NCBI GenBank assembly: GCA_016699205.1
Contig: CP064964.1
Coordinates: 90,001-122,000, forward strand
Direction of reading: 5' to 3'
Length of the DNA stretch: 32,000 bases
Source: Candidatus Saccharimonadota bacterium
Lineage (GTDB): Bacteria > Patescibacteriota > Patescibacteriia > 2-12-FULL-60-25
Shown here: piece after piece, positions 22,502 through 29,117 of the stretch
How the letters are laid out: each line of letters starts with the position of its first letter
How positions within the stretch are numbered: the first letter of the stretch is position 1
The notes under the pieces: generated by a model
Database searches by the model: none
Told to the model about the DNA's origin: nothing
What the model saw: only the letters and a program-made list of their open reading frames with translations
Made by a program: the position numbers and the translations under genes

Positions 22502-22932
22502 ACGTTGAAATTAAAATGATTAACCGCAACTTCTTTGCCTCCTATTGCACGGTAAAAGGCGACCGCGCCCTCGTCTTCAGACTCAGCCTCGACAAAAATC
22601 GTCTCCACACCGCGTCCTCGTGCTTCTTGCTTCAATGCTTCCATAAGCTGTGCGCCTAGTCCTCGCTTTTGAAACTCAGGATGTACAGCAATGTCGTAGA
22701 TATACATCTCCTTTGTCCCGTGAATCGGTGTCATTGCAAAAGCGACTAATCCACCGACAATACGCGCCTCTACGACCGCTCCCATGATCACACAAGCACT
22801 GTTTTGGAGCATTGAGGATAGATACGAGTCTGACGTGCTGTATTCAGACTCAAATGCAAGCGTAAAAACAGCAACAAGCTCTTTTAGCTCATCGAGATTT
22901 TCTAATTTTTTTATTGTTGAGTGATTATCCAT
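22498..22932 (-). CDS. GNAT-family N-acetyltransferase resembling the AAC(3)-I aminoglycoside acetyltransferase group
   Basis: I placed the start at ATG 22932; the longer ORF to 23097 overlaps the upstream gene. Motifs SDSYLSSML, EMYIYDIAVHPEFQKRGLGAQLMEALKQEA and IFVEAESEDEGAVAFYRAIGGKEVAVNHFNF line up with my recollection of AAC(3)-Ia. Confidence 0.75.
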   Translation of the reverse strand: MDNHSTIKKLENLDELKELVAVFTLAFESEYSTSDSYLSSMLQNSACVIMGAVVEARIVGGLVAFAMTPIHGTKEMYIYDIAVHPEFQKRGLGAQLMEALKQEARGRGVETIFVEAESEDEGAVAFYRAIGGKEVAVNHFNFNV

Positions 22933-22954
22933 ACAGACTATTCTAAACTTTAAC

Positions 22955-23821
22955 TTATTGTTTTCGAGTGTCCATGTACTTTTTAGCGACTTTGACGGCG
23001 ATGCTTCCACCCGGAACAAACATGCCAACCGCATCGGCGCCGACATCAAAGAGGAAGTTCTGATCCAGAATTTTACCCATGTATTCTTTGAAGACACGGC
23101 TACCTGTACGGATTTCTCCGGTTAAGCCATCGACTTCCAAGATGGCTTCTTTTTGTTTGGATGCCCAGGCGTATTTGAAGGCGTAGACAGGGCGATAGTA
23201 GAGATCGACGCGGGCGACTTCTACTTCTTCCGCCAGAATCTTGTCGGCGTGGATGCCTTTGATCATTTTGGAGAGCGAGTCACGCATGATAGCCGAAACT
23301 CGCGCTTGAGGCGGAACAAGAATAGCGCCTTCCTCGACTTCATCTTTTAACTGACCCGTGACTTCGAACGGTGTCATCGAGATATATTTTTGAAGTTCTG
23401 CAGATGGTTTGGCCGTAATTCCATCGACAATAAGATCTTCATGCTCTTCTTGCAGACAATGCTCGGTGACGGGAACATGGATATGACCATTTTGAACATC
23501 GTATTCCACATCGTGAACCGTGACGCTTTTCACTTCTTTGCCGCTTGTCTGGATTTGGTAATTGGCGGAACGGAGATATTCGTAACGGGCATTGGTTACG
23601 ACATGCCAAAAAGGCTCATAGCGATGTTCGCTATAAACGAGAGTGAAGTCTTCATCCTTTGGCTTACTTAAAAGACTCGTGACTTTGCTGAACGCATCAA
23701 AAGCCGTCACCTTTTTCTGCCAAGCGCGTTCTTTGGCGATCTCCGGAGTAATCTGGTCTCTGAGAAGGAGAATTCTTTGGGTAGCGATATTGATTTCCAT
23801 AGACGTAGTGGAGAGTATCAC
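22955..23821 (-). CDS. hypothetical protein
   Basis: The 288-aa ORF runs from GTG 23821. ATG 23800 (MEINIATQ...) is preceded by TGaTACTCT 11 nt upstream and may be the real start. No family was recognised. Confidence 0.7.
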   Translation of the reverse strand: MILSTTSMEINIATQRILLLRDQITPEIAKERAWQKKVTAFDAFSKVTSLLSKPKDEDFTLVYSEHRYEPFWHVVTNARYEYLRSANYQIQTSGKEVKSVTVHDVEYDVQNGHIHVPVTEHCLQEEHEDLIVDGITAKPSAELQKYISMTPFEVTGQLKDEVEEGAILVPPQARVSAIMRDSLSKMIKGIHADKILAEEVEVARVDLYYRPVYAFKYAWASKQKEAILEVDGLTGEIRTGSRVFKEYMGKILDQNFLFDVGADAVGMFVPGGSIAVKVAKKYMDTRKQ

Positions 23822-23840
23822 GGAAAGCGGTTATTTCCGC

Positions 23841-23866
23841 AAAAGCGACCCTTGTGGGTCGCTTTT
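23841..23866 (-). terminator. rho-independent terminator after tRNA-Ser(UGA)
   Basis: An 11-bp stem AAAAGCGACCC / GGGTCGCTTTT with loop TTGT. Confidence 0.7.
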
Positions 23867-23869
23867 GTA

Positions 23870-23958
23870 TGGCGGAGAGGGTGAGATTCGAACTCACGGT
23901 ACCTTTTGGGTACGGCAGATTTCAAGTCTGCTGCTTTAGACCACTCAGCCACCTCTCC
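23870..23958 (-). tRNA. tRNA-Ser (anticodon UGA), CCA encoded
   Basis: The reverse complement folds as acceptor GGAGAGG, anticodon arm GCAGA-CTTGAAA-TCTGC, a long variable arm GTACC-caaaa-GGTAC, T arm GTGAG-TTCGAAT-CTCAC, then CCTCTCC-G-CCA. Length is 89 nt. Confidence 0.95.
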
Positions 23959-24007
23959 ATTGGTCTAGCGGGGATAAAATACGTCATCAGAGGCCTTTTG
24001 TCGAATG

Positions 24008-24730
24008 TTATTCAGCTCTTATCAGAACGAGCTGCTTGCTCGACTCGGCGTCAATCGACATCTCTCCTTGATAATATCCGTACTCATGAAGCTTAAACAC
24101 CAGTCTATCCTTGGAAGCACTGTCGATAACTCCCCAATATCTGAACTTTTCCGGCCGTCTACTGTTCAGTGCTGTTGCAAATGAAATCGTGTATGTGCCG
24201 TTAGGAAGCGGGCTGAGACCGACGGTCCCGGTGGTGTAGAACTGTTCATCGAGACCACGGTATAAAACCATACTCATTTGATGATCGGATGCTTCCACAT
24301 TCTTGAGATCAAAGGTTAGCTGAGTACCAGCAAAATTTGTCTTCCATTTACCCTCCATTATTTCGCGGATAGCGGGTAATCCGCGAACCGCGCGCTCGGA
24401 AGATTGTTGCATGAAAAATTGACTCAAGAAAATCCGTCCAACGATAATTACTGGTATGAGGAATGCACAAACAAGATATATTGATATGGTCTTGACTCGG
24501 TTTTGACCCTTGGCGAGAAAAATGATCGGCGTCAGCAAGATCATGAGTATGATAAACGGCCCCCCATAAAGCAGCGCCAGAATAAACCATGGGACGGAGG
24601 CCGAGCCCCCATAGCCCAAAGCGCTTATCGCCAGGAATCCAATGTAAAGGTTTCCAAGAAAAAATGCGATAACTAGACAGATAATAGCCACGATAAGTCC
24701 CGTTTTGGTCGAGTGCGGTGTTTCATTCAT
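24008..24730 (-). CDS. hypothetical membrane protein (about 4 TM segments plus a C-terminal beta-rich domain)
   Basis: 240 aa. The N-terminal half is hydrophobic (GLIVAIICLVIAFFLGNLYIGFLAISAL, PWFILALLYGGPFIILMILLTPIIFL, ISIYLVCAFLIPVIIVGRIFL). No family was recognised. Confidence 0.7.
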   Translation of the reverse strand: MNETPHSTKTGLIVAIICLVIAFFLGNLYIGFLAISALGYGGSASVPWFILALLYGGPFIILMILLTPIIFLAKGQNRVKTISIYLVCAFLIPVIIVGRIFLSQFFMQQSSERAVRGLPAIREIMEGKWKTNFAGTQLTFDLKNVEASDHQMSMVLYRGLDEQFYTTGTVGLSPLPNGTYTISFATALNSRRPEKFRYWGVIDSASKDRLVFKLHEYGYYQGEMSIDAESSKQLVLIRAE

Positions 24731-24787
24731 ACTGCAATGTTCGATAGGATGTTAACATAATGCCGTACTTATGTCGATTTTACGGCC

Positions 24788-24816
24788 TTGAACAGAAGTT
24801 ATTTTTGATCTAAGCT
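24788..24816 (+). promoter_or_regulatory. candidate promoter of tRNA-Ser(GCU)
   Basis: TTGAAC (24788-24793), a 17-nt spacer, TAAGCT (24811-24816). The tRNA starts at 24833. Confidence 0.45.
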
Positions 24817-24832
24817 AGCTCCGCTTCAGCAT

Positions 24833-24921
24833 GGAGAGGTACCCAAGAGGCTGAAGGGGGGAGATTGCTAATCTCCTAGGGTCGAAAGGCCGCGAGGGTT
24901 CGAATCCCTCCCTCTCCGCCA
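24833..24921 (+). tRNA. tRNA-Ser (anticodon GCU), CCA encoded
   Basis: Acceptor GGAGAGG, anticodon arm GGAGA-TTGCTAA-TCTCC, a long variable arm, T arm GAGGG-TTCGAAT-CCCTC, then CCTCTCC-G-CCA. Length is 89 nt. Confidence 0.95.
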
Positions 24922-24922
24922 T

Positions 24923-24951
24923 AAAACCGCGTCTCAAACAGACGCGGTTTT
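24923..24951 (+). terminator. rho-independent terminator after tRNA-Ser(GCU)
   Basis: A 12-bp stem AAAACCGCGTCT / AGACGCGGTTTT with loop CAAAC. Confidence 0.8.
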
Positions 24952-24984
24952 ATGAAAATATGCTCATTGGACTAATATTCACTT

Positions 24985-27618
24985 ATGGACTCTCCTGTAT
25001 TCATTCAATTGTTTCGACGTCTCTTGCCTGGAATGTTTATCTGCGCAGTGCTTTTTTCAAATATTACTATTGTGCAGGCTGCGCCTGTGACCGTTGCAGG
25101 CTTTGAATTAAATGGATTGCTTGGCTCTGAAGCAACTTTCAATGCGACAACCAATGACGTTGATCTTGAGACGGTCACTCTTTCCAGAGGGGCTGGGATT
25201 TCACCTTCAGCCTTAGGCAATGCCTTTTCAGCCAGCTCTTTTGTTGTCGGGGGGCTAAAGGCGAATGCAATTTCTAGTAATGAATTTTTTCAGGTGACGA
25301 TACAGCCTCGCAACGGCATGAGTTTTTCACTACAGGCCATCAATTTTAATCTTCGGAGAAGCGGTACTGGTCCAAACGCATATCAGTGGCAATACAGTCT
25401 GGACGGTTTTGCTACAACTGGTACCGATGTTGGTGCTGAGGGCTCATATACCGGGACAGGCACGAATGGTGCTGCCATGACTCCAATAGACCTGTCATCC
25501 GTTACCGCATTGCAAAACATACCATCTGGATCTCCCGTCACGTTTCGACTTTACGCCTGGGGGGCCACGGGCGCACCAGGCACGATTGCTTTTGGGAGAC
25601 TTGCGGGTAATGATCTAGAATTCATTGGCGAATCTGGACCTGGGAATATCGTGGCTTTTGAAGAGGCCGGACAGCCTGGAGATCAAGCGAGCCATGGGGC
25701 AACGACTCTGAACGCCTCCATTGCATCGGCCACCCTCACGAGAGGATCTGGTTTGAACCCATCTGGGCTGCTTAACGCATTTTCATCAAATGGCTATTTT
25801 GTCGCAGGCACAAAAACGAATGCGATACAAGAAAATGATTTCATCCAGATACATATTCCCGTTAAAGACGGTTTCCGCATGTCCCTTTCCGAGATGAATT
25901 ATGTCATTCGAAGAAGCGCTCAGGGCCCCATGACGTTTCAGTGGCAATATAGCCTTGATGAGTTTTCCACTTCTGGAACTGATTTAGGATCTGAAATCAC
26001 TTATAGCGGTACGGATGATTTAGGAGTCACTCAAACCGCCATTCCTCTAAGCGGATTGCTACCACTTCAAGGAGCAAGGATACTCACGTTGAGACTGTAT
26101 GCTTGGGGTGCTACATCTTCTAACGGTACGTTTGCTCTTGGTAGAGAAAGTGGACCGGATTTTGAGCTATCTGGCACGGTTTCACCCAACATCATTTTAG
26201 GATTTGATGCGAACACCTTGTCCGGCAATGAGTCGCTTTTTCCAGCAACATTCTTGAATACACAGCTGCTATCCACTCAGGTGAGTAGAGGAGTCGGAAT
26301 TGATCCGACTCTGGCAAGTAACTCGTATGCTTCTGTGAACTTCCTAACGGGTGCTACGAGCACAAATGCCGTAACAAATGATGAATACTATCAGTTTCAT
26401 GTACAGTCGCAAACAGGCTATTACATTACCCTTACCAATCTTTTTCAAACTAATCTGCGTACGTTTTCCGGTCCGACCACCTATCAATGGCAGTATAGTT
26501 TAAACGAATTTGCCACGCCCGGGATTATTCTTGGAACACCCCAGGTTTATACGGGAACAGATGCGAACGGAAGAACCGCGACAACTACCGCTCCAGCAGA
26601 TGTTCCCACGCTCCAAAACGTCACGAGCGTTTCATTGCGTATGTATGCGTGGGGTGCATCCGCCACCACAGGCACGTTTTCTTACGGAAGACTTACAGGT
26701 AATGATTTATCTCTCTCGGGCGAGGTGACTATCTTTAGAAATTTTGTCACCTATTCTGCTGGAGATGGCGGCGTGATATCCGGATCATCTACTCAATATA
26801 TCGATTACAATTCTTCGACCATCGCTGTTACGGCAACGCCGTTTACCTTAAATCAATTCTCGCATTGGAGCGACGGGAGAACAGATAACCCAAGACAGGA
26901 TTATAACGTCACCACAACGCAAACATACACCGCCTATTTCAAGGCTCGGCAGGCCACTTCAACAGGAGGCGGCGGCTCTTTTATACCGCCTAAAGGCATT
27001 GGCAGAGGGAAGCGTGATGTAACCGTTGAAATAGATAAGACCCAAACGATCGGCGAGGTTGATGAACAAGGTATTAATTTTCTTGCAAAAATACGTAGTA
27101 CAGGCCTTTTCACCTTAGATGACGCTCCGTTAGCAGAACATGCTATTCAGCTGGTCAGTGTTGACTTGAATGTGCCTCGAGTCGTTCTCCGTTTCAATTC
27201 CATGGCTAATACTCAATCGTTTGCTCTCGGTGATTCGCGTACCATTGATTTGAATAGTGATGGTATTGCAGACATCTCGGCGACGTTTGCCCATGTCTAT
27301 ATCAATAGAATTGAAATCACATTAAAGAAGTTACATCAAAAGACTTTATTATCGGAAAGGGTTTCTCCGGGTTTTCGTTTTACTCGTGAGCTCAAAACTG
27401 GCTCGTTAGGTGATGATGTGAAGGCATTGCAGCTGTTCCTTAACTCCAACGGCTTTCTTGTGGCTGCAAGCGGTCCTGGTTCAAAAGGAAAGGAAACGAC
27501 ACGATTTGGAGCTGGAACCCGCGAGGCTCTCAGACGCTATCAAAAAACTCATGGGATACGGGCTACCGGTATCCTCGGACCGCTTTCACGTGCCCATATT
27601 CAGGCGAACTCGAGGTAG
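24985..27618 (+). CDS. secreted cell-surface protein: three tandem ~183-aa modules, an InlB-B-repeat-like domain and a C-terminal peptidoglycan-binding domain
   Basis: 877 aa. The signal peptide ends ...NITIVQA-AP. The modules span about 25081-25635, 25636-26181 and 26182-26727; anchors YQWQYSLDGF, FQWQYSLDEF and YQWQYSLNEF start at 25381, 25936 and 26482, and each module ends in RLYAWGA...GT. The segment FVTYSAGDGGVISG...FSHWSDG...TYTAYF resembles an InlB B-repeat. The C-terminus LGDDVKALQLFLNSNGF...RFGAGTREALRRYQKTHGIRATGILG is a PG_binding_1-type domain. Confidence 0.85.
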   Translation: MDSPVFIQLFRRLLPGMFICAVLFSNITIVQAAPVTVAGFELNGLLGSEATFNATTNDVDLETVTLSRGAGISPSALGNAFSASSFVVGGLKANAISSNEFFQVTIQPRNGMSFSLQAINFNLRRSGTGPNAYQWQYSLDGFATTGTDVGAEGSYTGTGTNGAAMTPIDLSSVTALQNIPSGSPVTFRLYAWGATGAPGTIAFGRLAGNDLEFIGESGPGNIVAFEEAGQPGDQASHGATTLNASIASATLTRGSGLNPSGLLNAFSSNGYFVAGTKTNAIQENDFIQIHIPVKDGFRMSLSEMNYVIRRSAQGPMTFQWQYSLDEFSTSGTDLGSEITYSGTDDLGVTQTAIPLSGLLPLQGARILTLRLYAWGATSSNGTFALGRESGPDFELSGTVSPNIILGFDANTLSGNESLFPATFLNTQLLSTQVSRGVGIDPTLASNSYASVNFLTGATSTNAVTNDEYYQFHVQSQTGYYITLTNLFQTNLRTFSGPTTYQWQYSLNEFATPGIILGTPQVYTGTDANGRTATTTAPADVPTLQNVTSVSLRMYAWGASATTGTFSYGRLTGNDLSLSGEVTIFRNFVTYSAGDGGVISGSSTQYIDYNSSTIAVTATPFTLNQFSHWSDGRTDNPRQDYNVTTTQTYTAYFKARQATSTGGGGSFIPPKGIGRGKRDVTVEIDKTQTIGEVDEQGINFLAKIRSTGLFTLDDAPLAEHAIQLVSVDLNVPRVVLRFNSMANTQSFALGDSRTIDLNSDGIADISATFAHVYINRIEITLKKLHQKTLLSERVSPGFRFTRELKTGSLGDDVKALQLFLNSNGFLVAASGPGSKGKETTRFGAGTREALRRYQKTHGIRATGILGPLSRAHIQANSR

Positions 27619-27622
27619 GGGC

Positions 27623-27650
27623 TTGACGATTTTTACCAAACGGCTATAGT
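27623..27650 (+). promoter_or_regulatory. sigma70-like promoter upstream of the XRE regulator gene
   Basis: TTGACG (27623-27628), a 16-nt spacer, TATAGT (27645-27650). The ATG at 27692 lies 41 nt downstream. Confidence 0.5.
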
Positions 27651-27691
27651 ACGCATCGTTCAGTTGTTATTCTTTTATTTCGAGACTAGAT

Positions 27692-27913
27692 ATGAGCAAA
27701 ACTCCAAAATATAATCTTTCCAAACTTGCGGCCAAGATCAAGGGTCTTCGCGCCAAGCATGAATTGACTCGTGACGAGCTTTCCAAGAAAGCCAAGGTCA
27801 ACTACAACACGATCATCAAGCTTGAGAGCGGCGCCAACAAGAACCCGACAATCAAGACCTTGATCGGAATCGCCATGGTGTTCAAGACTTCGGTCGAGGA
27901 TATCATCGCCTAA
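27692..27913 (+). CDS. XRE-family helix-turn-helix transcriptional regulator
   Basis: 73 aa with the pattern LRAKHELTRDELSKKAKVNYNTIIKLESGANKNPTIKTLIGIAMVFKTSVEDI. Confidence 0.85.
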   Translation: MSKTPKYNLSKLAAKIKGLRAKHELTRDELSKKAKVNYNTIIKLESGANKNPTIKTLIGIAMVFKTSVEDIIA

Positions 27914-27920
27914 GCCGTAC

Positions 27921-27946
27921 AAAACCCCGCCTGATGGCGGGGTTTT
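27921..27946 (+). terminator. rho-independent terminator
   Basis: An 11-bp stem AAAACCCCGCC / GGCGGGGTTTT with loop TGAT. Confidence 0.8.
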
Positions 27947-27970
27947 GATTAGGGCGATATAATCGACTAT

Positions 27971-28435
27971 ATGCTTAAACAAGGAACCAAGGCACCGGAA
28001 TTTACTCTGCCGGATCAGGAAGGAAAGATGCATTCGTTGAAAGACCAGAAAGGGAAGTGGACACTGATTTATTTCTATCCAAAGGACGATACACCAGGAT
28101 GTACGGTTGAAGCGTGTACGATCCGCGATAACTACGGATCATTCAAGAAAATGGGGATCACGGTTTGGGGCATTAGCATTGATCCGGTCAAGAAACACGC
28201 CAAGTTTGTCGAGAAATACGATTTGCCATTCACGCTGCTTTCCGATGAAAAGAAGGAGGTTGTGGAGGCTTACAAGATCTGGGGCAAGAAAAAGTTCATG
28301 GGGCGCGAGTATATGGGTACAAATCGCGTGAGCTTTTTGATCGATGACAAAGGCAAGATCGCTAAAGTGTATGAAGAAGTGAAGCCAGCCAAGCACGCCG
28401 AGGAAGTGCTGGCAGATGCGAAGGAAATGAAATAG
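27971..28435 (+). CDS. bcp: thiol peroxidase / peroxiredoxin Bcp
   Basis: 154 aa with the motifs APEFTLPDQEGKMHSL and LIYFYPKDDTPGCTVEAC. TATAAT (27958-27963) lies 7 nt upstream of the ATG. Confidence 0.92.
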   Translation: MLKQGTKAPEFTLPDQEGKMHSLKDQKGKWTLIYFYPKDDTPGCTVEACTIRDNYGSFKKMGITVWGISIDPVKKHAKFVEKYDLPFTLLSDEKKEVVEAYKIWGKKKFMGREYMGTNRVSFLIDDKGKIAKVYEEVKPAKHAEEVLADAKEMK

Positions 28436-28440
28436 GAATA

Positions 28441-28471
28441 AAAAAAGCCACCCTCGACGGGTGGCTTTTTT
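28441..28471. terminator. bidirectional rho-independent terminator (bcp / tRNA-Arg)
   Basis: A 13-bp stem AAAAAAGCCACCC / GGGTGGCTTTTTT with loop TCGAC. Confidence 0.8.
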
Positions 28472-28472
28472 A

Positions 28473-28549
28473 TGGTGCGGCCGAAACGATTCGAACGTTT
28501 GACCTCTTCCTTCGCAGGGAAGCGCTCTATCCAGCTGAGCTACGGCCGC
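28473..28549 (-). tRNA. tRNA-Arg (anticodon GCG), CCA encoded
   Basis: The reverse complement is GCGGCCG-TA-GCTC-AGCTGGATA-GAGC-G-CTTCC-CTGCGAA-GGAAG-AGGTC-AAACG-TTCGAAT-CGTTT-CGGCCGC-A-CCA. Length is 77 nt. Confidence 0.93.
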
Positions 28550-28558
28550 CAACAACCA

Positions 28559-29068
28559 TTAAATCTTTAATAGCCGCCCGATTATATCAGAAAGATGCTC
28601 TCCTTGCAAGTCCAGATCCTCTTGAAGGTACTGGCGCAAATGGCTGCGTAGTTCCACGGGGTCTTGGTCGATCAGCTCCAAGCGCATGCGCTGGGCCAAG
28701 GTTGCTTTTGGCTCAATATAGAGGACTTTGGCCATTGGAGGCTGATACACGATGCCAAAGTTGCCGATATCCTGAAACAGGTGAAGTTTACCGTCTACAA
28801 CGATGCCATTGTCGCCGATTTGAACGAGGATATGGCGAGGCTCTTGGCTGCCGACCAACAATATAATGATGGCGGAGAGAAAGATGATAAAAGCGAACAA
28901 GAAATTAGCCGTCCAAACAGCATAAGCGATTAGCAAAACCGACAGAACGGCTAGCCCGAAATACCAGGTTTTTCCGCGCTCATGCTTATCAAAAGCCGGC
29001 ATTTCCCAGACAAAGCGGTCTTGGGATGAAATCATGGCGTCCTCGACTTCCGAGGGAAAAGATCGCAT
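28559..29068 (-). CDS. hypothetical 2-TM membrane protein
   Basis: I placed the start at ATG 29068 (9 nt after TGcTACAAT); alternatives are ATG 29035 and the longest ORF from 29119. It has a hydrophobic hairpin WYFGLAVLSVLLIAYAVWTANFLFAFIIFLSAIIILLV followed by a ~100-aa soluble domain. No family was recognised. Confidence 0.65.
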   Translation of the reverse strand: MRSFPSEVEDAMISSQDRFVWEMPAFDKHERGKTWYFGLAVLSVLLIAYAVWTANFLFAFIIFLSAIIILLVGSQEPRHILVQIGDNGIVVDGKLHLFQDIGNFGIVYQPPMAKVLYIEPKATLAQRMRLELIDQDPVELRSHLRQYLQEDLDLQGEHLSDIIGRLLKI

Positions 29069-29077
29069 ATATCGGCC

Positions 29078-29108
29078 ATTGTAGCATAGAACATCAGGCA
29101 TAGAACAT
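29078..29108 (-). promoter_or_regulatory. direct-repeat promoter module (second copy of the T4SS operon module)
   Basis: The minus strand reads ATGTTCTATGC-ctg-ATGTTCTATGC-TACAAT, with ATG 29068 9 nt downstream. It is 25 of 31 identical to 12179-12209 and has the same 11+3+11+6 layout. Confidence 0.5.
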
Positions 29109-29117
29109 TTATCGCAC

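Noticed and set aside
22933-23097. An N-terminal 55-codon extension of the GNAT ORF.
   Set aside because: It overlaps the 3' end of the upstream 288-aa gene and has no GNAT-family counterpart. The internal ATG 22932 gives a normal-length acetyltransferase.
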